64,000 nucleotides of DNA from Camelus dromedarius (GCF_036321535.1 NC_087437.1:65474001-65538000), one strand, 5' to 3'. Positions 1 to 13,499 are shown, numbered from the stretch's first letter. Program-made: numbers and translations. Notes: generated by a model not told the origin, from the sequence alone.

Positions 1-14
1 ATTTAGCTACTTAC

Positions 15-140
15 ATTCCATATGCTGAGCTTACAGCAAGGCTAGTAATCTGTTGTGGAGGTTCACCATCCACCCATACCAACTGAATAACAAGTTCTGC
101 TTGATACCCTGGAGGCATCCTCATTGGTCGTGTCTTAACA
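15..140 (-). CDS. STXBP5L: Tomosyn-2 exon 10 of 10 (126 nt), VKTRPMRMPPGYQAELVIQLVWVDGEPPQQITSLAVSSAYG
   Basis: ctag acceptor after pyrimidine tract, AAT|gtaagt donor; phase 2-2; gene continues beyond position 1. Confidence 0.95.
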
Positions 141-194
141 CTAGAGAAAAGGAGAAAAAATAATTGTATCAACCATGACCATTAATCTACCACC

Positions 195-1095
195 CAGCTT
201 AAGAGTTCAACATATCCAAAACCTGAATTCTGCTATTTCCCTCTAAATTTGCTCTGCCTGCAGACTTCTCTATTCCAACTGCTAGCAACTCTTATTTTTC
301 CAGTTATTCAGTTAAAAAACATTAAAATCATCCTTGACTAATACCCTTTTCTCAAACCTTACATCCAATCAGTTATCAAATGTAATTGGTGCTACCTTTA
401 AAATATATGCAGAAGCTGACCACTTTTTACTTCTCTACTGCTACCATCCCAATCACAGTTGACAAATAAAAATACAGGATATCCATTTAAATCTGAATTT
501 AAAATAAACAATAAATAGTAGGTTTTGTTTATTTGGTTTTTTTTTTTTACTGTACTTCCCATGCAATATTTGGGATATATTGATACTAAAAATGTTCATT
601 GTTTCCCTGAAATTCAAATTTAGTGTATCCTGTTGTGTTTTGTTTTGTTTTGTTTTGTTTTTTGCTGAATCTCCCAGCCCTTAACATCATCTCTAGTTAG
701 GTGCAAAACCCTCCTTACTAATCTTCCAGCTTCTACCCTCCCCAAATCCACCCTCACCATACCTACCAAAATGACCAATCTAAAATTTGAAACTTACAAT
801 GTTATTTATTTAAAACCCTATAATGACTCCCCATTTAGTTAGGAATAAAAGCCAAAGTCCTTACAATGACCTATAATTTGCCCTCTTACCTGTCTGACTT
901 TATTTCCTACTACCCTCTCCTCTACCTCCCACCATCCTTCCTTTGTTCTAGCTACAATGACCTCCTTATATGCCAGGCACTTTAGGCCTTTGCTCCAGCT
1001 GCTCCTGCTGCCTGGAATACTCTTCCACCAGATATTCTTCAGCTAACTCCCTCATTTAAACTTTCTGTTTAAATCACACTTCCTAATAAGGTCTA
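195..1095 (+). mobile_element. L2 LINE 3' fragment, interrupted by a MER53-type MITE
   Basis: L2-like motifs caacatatccaaaacctgaa, catccaatcagttatcaaa, aataaaagccaaagtccttacaatgacct, gctgcctggaatactcttcc; boundaries approximate. Confidence 0.75.
458..682. mobile_element. MER53-like palindromic hAT MITE
   Basis: Arms aaatacaggatatccatttaaatctgaattt / aaattcaaatttagtgtatcctgt around centre cccatgcaatatttggg, matching recalled MER53 consensus; (GTTTT)n expansion in right arm. Confidence 0.8.
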
Positions 1096-2749
1096 TGAAA
1101 AACCCACCTTACACACTAGGAAGCTCAAAGTAAAAAACACATATATATCAAATTGCACAAATGTGTATATTGATGAGACTTGTATGTAATATTGCAAAAA
1201 ATGAAGAGTTGACTGTAATGAAATGCTTATTTATTAGCTTATGTATTTGGAAATCTAAATCCAGCAAAGGAAAGTCATTTAGGGATGGATGTCAACAAAC
1301 AATTTAGTAAAGCATAGACTATATGCAACTCAAGAACCACTGGTAATATACTGTAATTCACAGAATAATATACTTGGTGAGTTTTGCTGCTTGGTTCCTA
1401 GAAGCTTACATAGGATTATACTGAATTGCTCTATTTGGTTCTCTTGATAATTCTTAAGCTTGTCACTACTACTTTTCAAGTCAGCATTAAATGCTACAAC
1501 ATATATTATTACTTACTTCATCTCTACTACCAGATTTTTGTTGATTTTACTGGATTTTCTCTTTTATCCCTATCTTTTATCTTTTTTAAGTTTTATAGAA
1601 AAATATTTAGGTCATTCAAGGACCCACTTTTGTGATGGTTCCTCTTAGTTGGAAAATCAATCTACAGCCCTTTCTTAAGCTTTGTTTACTTTTTTGCTCT
1701 CTGTCTTTCATTTTAATAGAAATCAATTAAGTGAAGCAAAGTGATATGAAAGAAAAATTAAATATGTAAAATGATAAATTATGAAAGTTTTCTACTTGCT
1801 AAAATGTAATGATTTTGTTTACACTTCATAGATTTTCCTCTCAGTAATGCCTGTTTATATTTCCCTTTTTATCTCACAAGAAAAATTTGGGGCAGGGGAA
1901 ACAATGATTACAAAAGTATAGCAACTGTTAATTGTATGGCAAACAGATTTTGCTCCTAAAACCTTATCTTATATTTTCCATAAGTGTTTTTATAAGAAAT
2001 GAGGAAACTACTTGTCTCAAGTTCCTTGAGTAGCAGATTCAGATATTTTCATATGAGGACAGAGAAATTTCTTGCTTAGGCTCAATTCTCCAACCAACTA
2101 ATACTAGAAACATGTGACATGATGATATAGAAGCAGTAAATAGTAACTTAAAACTGCATTCCTTTGCACTCTATTATCAAAAGGTATAAAAACAATTACA
2201 ATAAACATTACTATGGACTTGATTAACTTTAAGTTTTATTTGATTATGATACTAAACTTTGTTTAGATGAACTGAGAGAGCACAGTTTATTACCAAATAG
2301 CATCAGTTAAAAAAAGAGAAAGAAATATTATACAATATCTTAGCACCCATGAGAGAAACCCTTTTTCCTGACATAGTATTCTTGTAGGAAAATTGGTGTT
2401 CTTTTTGATTCCAAGACGACTGAAGAAGTTCTCTAAATATACTTTTGCAATAGGGAAATATCAAACAAGTGACCAAGTTTCTGCTCCACCAAACATTTGG
2501 CCATTCTATCAAAGCTATGTTTTCTTTAGGGTTCTTCAGGGAAGGACAGATACTAATTAGTAATTAAGAATGAAAATACTGTGCCCTCTTCATGGGTATT
2601 CAAAAAAAAAAGATCAGGGTACCCCATCGTGGACTGTAGATCACTTGACAACACTTAATAAGGGAGAAGAATGATTTTACTTGGCACAGTTTCAAAGAAT
2701 TATAAGATGAATATGTAAAATTGTTTTAAAATTTGGTAACAATTCTTAC

Positions 2750-2922
2750 TTGAGGCATGGGATGCTGTCCTTTGTTACTCCTTCACTAGTCACAGTGCTA
2801 GTACTCCCAGAAAGACTCCTTGAAGAAGGAAGCTGGGATGAGAGATCTGGAAATGGAGGACTTGTTTCTGGTTCTGGAGTAATAATATCTTCAATATCAT
2901 ACTGAAGTCGTACCTCTAACGA
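2750..2922 (-). CDS. STXBP5L: Tomosyn-2 exon 9 of 10 (173 nt), SLEVRLQYDIEDIITPEPETSPPFPDLSSQLPSSRSLSGSTSTVTSEGVTKDSIPCL(N)
   Basis: T15-aag acceptor, CAA|gtaag donor; Ser/Pro-rich loop; phase 0-2. Confidence 0.94.
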
Positions 2923-3719
2923 CTTAAAAAAAAAAAAAAAGGAAAATCAACTTTGATATAATCTAAGTCCTAATAATAATAGTCACATTAAAATATCTGG
3001 TACTTATTTTTGGTAATTATTCATTATTTTTTCAGATTAACTAGTTCAATTTCAATCCATAGTAAAGTTGAGATACCCCAAACTGAATTAAACAGTGAAT
3101 TATATAGCATATTCAATGGCATTCACAAAAAATGTAAAATATTTTTTAATTCTTTAGAATTATAAGAAAAATACCTATCAATGGAGATAAAATTTCTTTA
3201 TAATAAATATTCCTTAAGATAAAGTATAAATTATTAATTCTATATATGATAAAATAAAAGGAGAAATCAGTCATGGTTATTCCAATGAAATAAATTAAAC
3301 TGGATGTGTGTATGTGTAAACATACACATAAAACACACACATCATTATTCATTCAATCTTGACTTTGAATTAACTCAGTATAAATTTTCCAAAATGTTTT
3401 TTTTATTTCATTAGTTTAGCTCATACTTAATTTCATTAGCATGATCAGAATTGCTTAATGAAAAATACATGATAATTTTTATTGGACTAAAAAGGTGATC
3501 TAAAACCTTTTTTAAGCTAAAAATGTTTAAAAATTAAGTATTAATGACTGCATTCAATGCTATAATTACAATCAATTTTATAACAAATGTTTGCTTTTCA
3601 ATGTAAAAATGAACATTTTTGAGATTAAAAACATAATTACAAAACATGTAATTATGGAGTGACAGTAATATTGTCAAAATAATTGTCATAATTATCTTAA
3701 AACTTCTAGTGACAATAAT

Positions 3720-4010
3720 AATTACCAATTATTGAGTGCTTATTCTACTGAGACACTCTGCTAATGACTTTATATAAATATCACAAGAACCCTATGAAAT
3801 TGGCGTTACTATTTCTAGTTTATTATTACTTTCTATTTTTCCATTTTATTTGCACAGGAAATTATATGAGTGATGAAACTGAGTCTTACCCAGACTGTAA
3901 TACTGACTAATGGAATCTTGTGACTTGTTCAGAGACATACAGATATTCATTGGTAAAGCCAGAATTAAAAACTAGGCTTATCTGACTCTGAAGCCTGGGT
4001 TTTAACTATT
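3720..4010 (-). mobile_element. MIR SINE
   Basis: tattgagtgctta...aagaaccctatgaa...gaaactgag...tctgactctgaagcc is the reverse complement of the MIR core. Confidence 0.7.
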
Positions 4011-4673
4011 ATACCTTAAAGGGCAATATTTAATTTTGGCTGTTGAGGTAAAAACAGGTATATACAGGCCTTTAGTATATAATCTTTATTTTCTGATAAA
4101 ATGGTAAAATGGACAGGGTAGAGAAGACCCATTATCCGTAGGTGCCTTAATTTAGATTTAATTTATCCCATGAGAGTGTCATTATTTTGAATAATTATTT
4201 CGTTGGTTTAAAAATTAAGATTAGGTAAGGCAACCTCATAATTATTTCTATCCTATAAAAATTTTGCTATTTAGAAAATCATTCAAAATAATCTTATTGT
4301 AGTTGAGAAACAATAATTTAAGGCAATTGACAAAAAGTTAAACTTTAAAAACTTTGTAAAGATAAAGAACAAAGCTTGCATTAATTTGACATTTATACAT
4401 AAAATAAATCAGCAACTGTCTATATAAAACCTATAGGCATAATCTATCCTATTTAATAAATTAAATTTTGATAGAGAACTGTTTTTGTCATTTTAAGCCA
4501 AACTATTTAAAAACGTTATACTAAGTAAAAAGAACAATTAAAAATCCTATGAATTGGATTACTGGCCACATACTATAGTCTTGATGGCTTAAAACCATAT
4601 CAAGCATTAGTCAAAATCTGTGACAATTGCTTTTTTAAATAAATCTGTGAAAGTTAAATTTTAGGTGACTTAC

Positions 4674-4891
4674 CACTATTTCTGTTGTAATTTCATGTCT
4701 GCTGAATTTATAAATTATGACATATGCAGAGACTCCTGATACACAGAATATTCTGCTCTCTGGACACCAGTAAATCATCTGAATGGCATATGGATCTTCC
4801 TCTACAATTTCACATGTCTGTTTTCCTTCTCCTACCTTCTGTTTTTCAAACACTTTTGAAGTTTTTAGCTTGTACAGCATCTGCAGAGTTA
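4674..4891 (-). CDS. STXBP5L: Tomosyn-2 exon 8 of 10 (218 nt), TLQMLYKLKTSKVFEKQKVGEGKQTCEIVEEDPYAIQMIYWCPESRIFCVSGVSAYVIIYKFSRHEITTEIV
   Basis: ttatag acceptor, GTG|gtaagt donor; inside ORF 4635..4910; phase 1-0. Confidence 0.96.
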
Positions 4892-5584
4892 CTATAAAAT
4901 ATTGAAACATAGTTATCTTCTAATTTGAACTTAATTCTTAGATGTTGTTGAAGCCTTTTCAATGTATTTGTTAAATCACAAAAGTAAAACCCAAGTAAAT
5001 AAAATAAATTACATTCTAACAAGTAATCATTCCATGTCACGCTCTCATATCAGTACAGAAGATTATAGGGAAAAAATATACATTTATTCAACATATACTA
5101 TATAACAAGGAACATGTAGGTCCTTTTATGCACTGTCTCAGAAAAGTTCCATAAAGTATTTTTATCCTTGTTTATTGATAAAAACACTGGGGCTCAGAAA
5201 GTTTATAATGGAAGTACTAAACCTACTTCTCTCCCAAGGGAGGAACTCTCAATACTTTTTCACAATTTTCTCTTTTGGTAGATGAGAGGCTGATGCTATT
5301 TTTTGAAGGTTTACTCTTCTCAACACATTTTTAGACACCCCTTCAGATGAGAAACATTTGTATTTACCATTTAGCAATACTGGGAGTCCAATGATCTAAT
5401 TATTTTATAAAGAATCTTTTCCGAGTGGCTCTGTGTTAGGAAATGGTCAGTTATAATTTTTTAAGTCTGGTTTTGTAAAATGTTTTCAGGAATAATTACT
5501 TAGGGGAATATTATTTCCATTTTAGATCATAATGAATACTATATAAAAGCTCTTATTCTACAGAGAATCCTTAAGAAGTTCGAA

Positions 5585-6285
5585 AAATCTGGGAGTTCCT
5601 CCAAAAGTGCATAATCTGAACCTAATCATGAGAAACATTAATCAAACTCAAATTGAAGGTGAGTCTACAAAAACTGGCCTGAACTCCTAAAAATGTCAAT
5701 TTCATTAAATAACGACTCAGCAGCCATTCCAGATTAAAGAAAATTCAAAAGATATAACTAACTCCAATAAATGGTCCTGGAGTTTCTTTTATTATAAAAG
5801 ATATTGGAAAAATTGGCTAAAACTGAGTAAGATCTGAAAGTTATGTAATAGTATTGTATTAATATTATTACTCCTGACTTTGATAACTATAACTTGATTA
5901 TGTAAAAGAATGCCCTATTTGTAGGAAATACACACTGCAGTTTTTAGGGGGTATGTACTGTTAGAGGAGATTCATGTTTGCAACTTATATTCAAATGGTT
6001 ATAAAAAGCTGTATATGTATATATTTACATATATATGTGTATGTGTGAATACTGAGGGGAGAGAAAGAGTAAGAGGGTGAGGAGAAGGACAGGAGGGAGG
6101 GGTAGAGTTGGGGGCAGAGAGAGACAGAGCACGAGTAAGCACAGGTACACAAGTAGGAAGACAGGTGAAGGGAACAAATGTATACATCGACATTTGGGGA
6201 ATCTGGCTGAAAGCTATACAACACTGCATAGTATGTTTTTGCAATTTTTCTGTAAGTCTGATGTAACATGGAAACATTAAAGAAT
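5585..6285 (+). mobile_element. Old L1 (L1MC/L1ME-type) 3' UTR fragment
   Basis: cataatctgaacctaatcatgagaaaca, tgcaatttttctgtaagtctga resemble ancient L1 3' ends. Confidence 0.6.
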
Positions 6286-6287
6286 AT

Positions 6288-6698
6288 TGCAGACATAATT
6301 AAGGTCCCTAATTATTTGATTTTGAGTTAATTAATAGAGATTATTCTTAATAGGCCCAACAAAATAAGGTAAGTCCTTTAAAAGAGGGACTGGGGCCCTC
6401 CCTGAAGTTAGAGAGACACTCCCTTGCTGGCCTTGAAGAAACAAGTCATCATGAGTTTTAAAGTTGCAAGAAAATGAATTCTGCCAACAACCACATGAAC
6501 TTGGAAGAGAGCTCTGGGCCCCAGATAAAGCTGCAGCCCTAGCTAACACCTTGATTGCAGTCTTAAAGAGATCCTGAGCAAAGAATCCAGCTAACTTAGA
6601 CCAGATTCATAACACACAGAAACTGTGAGATAATATATGTGTACTGTTTTAAACTGCTAAATTGTGGTAATCTATTACTCAGCAATTGAAAGTGAATA
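6288..6698 (+). mobile_element. MaLR solo LTR (MLT1-type)
   Basis: ttgcagacataattaagg, gaattctgccaacaaccacatgaacttggaag, gaaactgtgagataata, tgtggtaatctattactcagcaattgaaa: MLT1 hallmarks. Confidence 0.85.
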
Positions 6699-6932
6699 CA
6701 GTTGACCCTTGAACAATATTGGTTTGAAATATATGGGTCCACTTACGCTCAGATTATTTTCAGTAGTACATACTACAGTACTACACAATCCAAGGTTGAC
6801 TGAATCCTCAGATACCAAGGAACAGCACATAGGGAGAGCCAACTATAAATTATGCTCCGACTATAAATAATGGTCAGATCGACTATGCAGAGGGTTAATG
6901 CCTCTGACCCTCGTGTGTTCAAGGGCCAATTG
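6699..6932. mobile_element. MER8/Tigger2-derived MITE
   Basis: TIRs cagttgacccttgaaca / tgttcaagggccaattg; TA duplication at 6697-6698 and 6933-6934; 234 bp. Confidence 0.88.
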
Positions 6933-8491
6933 TACACATATTAACATAAACTCAACTACTCAAATTCAGTATAACCTCATTTCCTGTACTGTAAACTATC
7001 TCACAAAATTGGCAAACTAAGTTATACTTCTCTAATGGCATCTATTGATTTGGAGGTATGCCCTTATAGTTGATTACAATAAAAACATTAAATATTCTAC
7101 AAACCTTTGCCATATATGATTTGAATGTGAAAAATAATATTTTATTTAAAAATTAACTTAAAATATTATTGTGCATACTTAAGGATGGTATGCACTTCAG
7201 TCATTAGAGTGTTAAATTGCCTTCTCACATTTTAGAAGCTAAGAAGTGACTTTGAGGTGATGGGAAATGAGCAAAGATGTCACTATGCAATTAACTGTGT
7301 TCATGGAACAAACTCAGGTTTACATGAAAAGGTTCATCAAAATAAAACCTGTTGTCGTTTGGAATTTTCTCCTGAGCAATTGTTTCGTATTATGTGAGGC
7401 CAGAAAGGGGCCTCAGAATTCATGGCTTTAAATATTTTAATCATTTTCTCTTGCTGATGAAAGTTTGCTCCACTACTAAAGGACTCTAGCTGCAGATTAA
7501 GAGTATCATTACTATTCAACCTTCTTCCTTCTACTTTTATATTTATCATAGTCTTTCTCAGTTCACTTCTATAGCTTCAGGTATCACTTGTATGCTGCTT
7601 CACCACTAGTTTCCATTCTTGACTGTTCTCCCTACCTGTTAGACATTTTACTTGGATTTCCTGGTGTTACAACAAAATTCAAACCTCTAGAATTCTCCCA
7701 TATCCTTATTTCCAACTTGCTGGTTACTCATCCTCAGAAACCTGGAGATATTGCTCACTTATTCTTCTCCTCCTAGTCCAGGCTATTAAAACCTTATCTT
7801 TCAAAACTTACATTAAATTTTACTGCATCGAAATGCCCTTCCTGGATCTACCTGGTTCAAATAAATCTCCCATTTTTGATAACAAATAGAATTTGGGTTA
7901 TATTACATTGAGAGTTCTTACCATATTGTTTACCCGGTAAGTTTTCTTAAGGGTATGTATGGGTATAATCAAGTTTAAAATATCTTTGCATGCCCTTCAA
8001 TGTTGAGCAGAGTACCTTTAGACCTTTAATTATGTAATTCTCAAGATTTCAAAAGAAATTTTACATTTATCAAATTATTTCTTTTGATTCTCATGGACTT
8101 GGTAGACAAGTGGCAAAGAAATGTAAAGAAGTGGGATAAAAGCACTTTTCCAAAACCACAAAGCAAGGAGATGAAGGAAATTCCTTGAACAAAATTAATC
8201 TGACATGTTTTGGTACTTTTTCCAACGTACATTACCTCTTGTAAATACAATAGGTTGCTGATAAAGAGTGATTTCAGTCCTATCTATTTATATCATAGAA
8301 GAAAAATACTGTAGAACTAATTTTTTAAACTGATTTAATAATATAGGAAATGCATTTTTTGTAACACAGCCATATGTGTATGCTAAATATTTATCTAAAA
8401 TGTTAATTGTCCAAACTAAAACATGGTGAATGGCTATGAGTAAGTATTAACCAAGTGTATTCTGTACTAGAAGGATAAACTTAAAACTTAC

Positions 8492-8532
8492 TTGCAGAAG
8501 CATCCCAAAACTTAATCGATCCATCTGCATGA
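8492..8532 (-). CDS. STXBP5L: Tomosyn-2 exon 7 of 10 (41 nt), (G)HADGSIKFWDASA(I)
   Basis: ctag acceptor, CAA|gtaagt donor; completes the WD40 signature TGHADGSIKFWD; phase 2-1. Confidence 0.95.
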
Positions 8533-8989
8533 CTAGATGAGAAATAAAGTAGCATTAATTAAAGTATGGTAAAGTAAAAAAATAATTATTCTAAATGTAT
8601 AAAAACTTGCATTACTATTAAAATTTGATTTAAAAATACCACTCCGAAAATTAATGTATGCCAAAACATTTCTAAGCCTAAAACAATGGTTTATTTTTTA
8701 AGCAATACACAAAATCTAAATTTTAAAAAGACAATAATTACTTAGATTTTATTGTAAGAATATTTTATGTGTAATAGAGAACAATGAAAACTGACCTGTG
8801 AAGATTAAACAGTATGTTGTTATATAAAATTGTTTACACTCAATAAAAAAGAGACCCAAGTTAATTTAGATTACATTAAAATAATTTTGAAGTGAATATC
8901 ATTGTGAAATTAAAGTTGAGCTTCAAAATATACAAAACAAATCCTTAAACCTATCTAGAGTTGTATCATTATTTGGTAATAACGTAATG

Positions 8990-10140
8990 ACAATTCTATA
9001 AGAAATCATCTACAAATAAAGAGGATAGAATACTTCCCAACATGTTTTATCAGATCAGGTTTATACGGGCACCAAAACCAGGAAAAAAACATTGCAAGAA
9101 AAGAAAATAGCAGACTAATATCCCTTGAGCATAGGTGTAAAAACTGTCAACAAAATATTAGCAAATCAAAAAATATACAGAAAGAACAATACATCATGAC
9201 TAACTGGGGTTTATTTCAGGAATGCAAGATCAGTTAAACATTTAAAAAAATGATAACCACACTGTAATTCATCACACTGTCAGACTGAAGAACAATGTGA
9301 TCATCGCAATAAATGCAAAAAAATCATCTGACAAAATTCATCATCTTTTCATGAAAAAAATCTCTCAATAAATTAAAAACGGAGGAAACTTCTTCAACCT
9401 GATGAAGAGCATCTAGGAACAACCTGTAGATGGTGTTTAACATACATAATGGTGGAAGAGATGGAATATTTTCACCCTAAGAACAAGAACAAAGCAAAAA
9501 TGTTCACTTTCACCATTCTTATTCAACATTATATTGAAGGTCAGTTAGTAGTTATACTGCAACAAGGGAAGAAAAAAAGGAATAAAGATTGAAAAGAAAG
9601 AAATAAAATTCTATTTGCAGATCACATGATTGGCTATGTAGAAAATCCCAAAGAATCTACAAAAAGTATATTAGAACTCATACATAAGTTAAGCATGTTT
9701 CTAAGACACTAAGTCAATGTACAAATGTATTTCTATATAATACCAATGGACATTTGGAAATTGGAATTATAAAACAGTACCATTTACAATAGCACCAAAA
9801 AACATAAAATGCTTATATATAACCTAACGCAATTTGTTAGATCTGTATGCTGAAAACTATAAGCTGCTGATCAAAGAAATAGAGAATAGATAAGTAAATG
9901 GAGAGATATAATTTATTCTTTTCTTTTTTCTTAAATTGTAAAACTTACTAGATGTCAGTTCTCCCTAAATAATGTATAGATTCAATGTATTCTCAATTGA
10001 AATATGCCATTTTTAACAGAAATCAACAAACTGATTCTGAAATTTATATGGAAAGGTAAAGGAACTGGAGTATCAAAGCAATTTTAAAGAATAAAAGTCA
10101 GAGGACTCAAACTACCTAACTTTCAGTCTCATTCTAAAGC
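8990..10140 (+). mobile_element. Decayed L1 ORF2 (RT region) fragment
   Basis: catcatgactaactggggtttatttcaggaatgcaag, ctatttgcagatcacatgat (FADDM-like), many frameshifts. Confidence 0.85.
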
Positions 10141-10144
10141 TTGT

Positions 10145-12370
10145 CCCACTGACACCATAATCCAGTTTTAGAAAATTTCTATCATCCCCAAAAGTTACCT
10201 CACGCCAATATCTTACCCATCACTGGTAGGTAACCACTGGTATCTTTCTGCCTGTATAGATTTCTTTTGTTTTCTTACAATTTTCATATAAGTGACACCT
10301 TTACAATATTTACTCTTGTGTTCATATCTTTCATTTAGCATAATGGTTTTGAGGACAATCCTTGTGTTGCATGTATCAGTAATGGTTCCTTTTTATTGCT
10401 GAATAGTATTCTATTATATGAATATATCCCATCTTGTTTACCTACTTCCCAGTTGATAGACATTTGGGTTGTTACTAGTTTTTGGTTATTATAAATAAAG
10501 CTTCTATGGATGCTCTGTATGTTTATCTACTTTAATTATTCTCTTATCACAAAAAAGCTTTATTATTAAAAAATTCAGCAGGATGATGATCTGAGAGTCT
10601 AATAACCTTTAATTCTATTTTATTTTTTATTTGGTATGCAAAGAACAGTATATGTAATATAGATTTAACATATAGAATATAATTATATTGAAATTCTATG
10701 AACCAAACACACAACCAAAGAACTAACATTACTAATAATGTGCATCTATGTATGTTCTCATTCTTTTTTATTTTATAGAGGTATAATTGTCATACATTAT
10801 ATTAGCTTCAGGTATACAACATAATGATTTGTATATATTGTGAAATGACCACCATAATAAATCTTGTTAATATCCATCACCATATGTAATTAACAGACTT
10901 TTTTTCTGTGATGAGTCGTTTAAAGATTTACTCTTTTAGCAACTTTCAAATATGCAATACAGTCTTATCAACTATAATCACTATCCTTTACACATTATAT
11001 CCCCCTGACTTAAAACTGTAAGTTTTTACATTTTGACTCCCTTCACACATTTCATCAAACCCCCGCCCTCTGCCTCTGGAAACCACCAATCTGTTATTTG
11101 TATATATGAGCTTTTTTTTTTTTTTTCTTTCAGATTTCACATATAATTGAAATCTTGTAGTGTTTGTCTTTCTCTGTCTGACTTGTTTCACTTAGCATAA
11201 TGCCCTTAAGGTCTATCCATATTGTCACAAAAGGCAAGATTTCATTCTCTTTATGGATGAATAATATACCATTGTGTGGAATATATATACAGTTCTCTTC
11301 CTGATTCCATCACCCTGCCTTCTTTGTCCCCAGAACTAACCAGTATTCTAAATTTTCATCAGCTCTTGTTTTTCTTTAATATATATATATTATATATTTA
11401 TCATATAATATATAATATTATCACATTATGTGTATAAACAACAAATTGCTTACTTCTGATTTTTAAAAATCTATAATAGTGGTATAATGTATATAAATTT
11501 GAAGAACTTGCTTTTTCATTTATTATTAGATTTATAAAATTAATTGTTGTTTGCAGCTGTATGTTACTCATTTTCACAGATCTGTATAATATATAGTAGT
11601 CTGTACTGCGATTATACCACAATATATATTTTATTCAATGATTGGGCAACTGGATTCTGTCTGTGTCTTTTTTTTTTTTTTTTTTTTTTGCTCTTACAAA
11701 GAATGCAGCTATAAAGTATCTTGTATAAATCTTTTGTTATTTATGTAATAAGAGGGAAATTGGTGGGTCTTAGGATATGAAACTGTTTAAATTTACAAGA
11801 TAATGCCAAACTTTAGAAATTTACATTTTTATACTCTCATTTGTGATACAGAATTATAATTGAGCTGCATTTTTTTCAATACTTGTAACTGACAAACTTC
11901 TAAATTTTCTGCCAATTTGTTTTGAATGTAAAATGGTATCTCATTATGGTTTTACTCTGCATTTTCCTAGTTACTAATATTTTAAATTATTAATGAGGTC
12001 AAGCCATACAAGTTTTCTCTCCTATGAAATGTCTATTTAAGTATTTTTGGCTATTTTTCAATGGGGTTGATTGACTTTTTCTTACTGATTTGAAATCATT
12101 TAGACATTCTGGAAACAAAATTTCAGTGGTTATGTATGTTACAAATATCCCAATTTATTTCTTGCCTTTTCATTTATTTATGGCAATGTTTTTCAAATAT
12201 ATAGATCAAGTTTATCATATTCTCCAAATATTCTATGTTCTTACTGATTTTTTTGTTATCAGTGAGATGTCTAACTACAATTTTTGTCAATTTTTTGTCT
12301 CAATTTTTGCTTTATAAATTTTGAGGTCATATTACTGAATACACACAAATTTAATTTTTTACATCTTCTT
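10145..12370 (-). mobile_element. Mosaic of L1 3'-end fragments (including an L1MA9-like end at ~10760-11285)
   Basis: Antisense L1 3' UTR motifs ttcatttagcataatg, ccagttgatagacatttgggttgtt, tgacttgtttcacttagcataatgccc. Confidence 0.75.
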
Positions 12371-12387
12371 TGAAAACTGAAACTTTT

Positions 12388-13410
12388 TTTTATTGAGGTA
12401 TCGTCAGTTTACAATGTTGTGTCAATTTCTGGTGTACAGGACAATTCTTCAGTCATACATGAATATACATATATTCATTTTCTTATCCTTTTCCACCATG
12501 AGATATTACACGATATTGAATGTATTTCCCTGTGCTATACAGTAGAAACTTGTTTATCAATTTTACACATACCAGTCTCAAGCTGCCAGTTTATTCCTTC
12601 CCACCCCTCTCCCCCCTGGCAACCAAAAGCATATATTCTATGTCTATTAGTCAGTTTCTGTTTTATATGTAAGTTCATTTGTCTTTTTTTTTTTTTTTTT
12701 TTAGATTCCACATATGAGTGATGTCATATGGTATTTTTCTTTCTCTTTCTGGCTCACTTCGCTTAGAATGACATTCTCCAGGGCCATCCATGTTGCTACA
12801 AATGCATTATTTTATCATTTTTATGGCTGAGTAGTATTCCATTGTATAACTATACCACACTTCTTTATCCAGTCATCTGTTGATGGACATTTAGGTTGTT
12901 TTCATGTCTTGGCTACTGTAAATAATGCTGCTATGAATGTTGAGGTACAGGTCTTTTTGAATAAGGGTTCCCTCTGGATATACACATAGGAGTGGGACTT
13001 CTGGGTCATATGGTAAGTCCATTTTCAGTCTTTTGAGGAATCTCCCTGTTTTCCATAATGGCTACACCAAACTGGATTCTCCACACCCTCTCCAGCATTT
13101 ATCATTTGTGGACTTTTGAATGATGGCCATTCTGACTGGTGTGAGGTGATACCTCATTGTAGTTTTGATTTGCATTTCCCTGATAATTAGTGATACTGAG
13201 CATTTTTTCATGTGCCCACTGATCATTTGTATTTCTTCACTGGAGAATTGCTTGTTTAGGTCTTCTGCCCATTGTTTTTTTCTTATTAGGTCATATGAGC
13301 TGTTTATATATTCTGGAAATCAAGCCCTTGTCAGTTTCATCTTTTGCAAATATTTTCTCTCATTCCATAGGTTGTCATTTTGTTTTGCTTATGGTTTCCT
13401 TTGCTGTGCA
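12388..13410 (-). mobile_element. Relatively young 5'-truncated L1 with perfect 16-bp TSD
   Basis: TSD gaaaactgaaactttt at 12372-12387 and 13411-13426; poly-T then 3' UTR and ORF2 C-terminus on minus strand. Confidence 0.92.
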
Positions 13411-13499
13411 GAAAACTGAAACTTTTAATATGATAGTGATCTACTTTATCTTGGAATGTTTTGTCCAGAAAGTCCACTTTATCAGAATTTTTTTCCTGA

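Noticed and set aside
5991..6549. Cluster of short ORFs on both strands
   Set aside because: Fall in purine-rich low-complexity, L1 and MLT1 sequence; no coding signature
8990..10520. Plus-to-minus L1 switch near 10140 as a second twin-priming event
   Set aside because: Geometry is tail-to-tail, the segments are not adjacent in L1 coordinates, and no TSD was found
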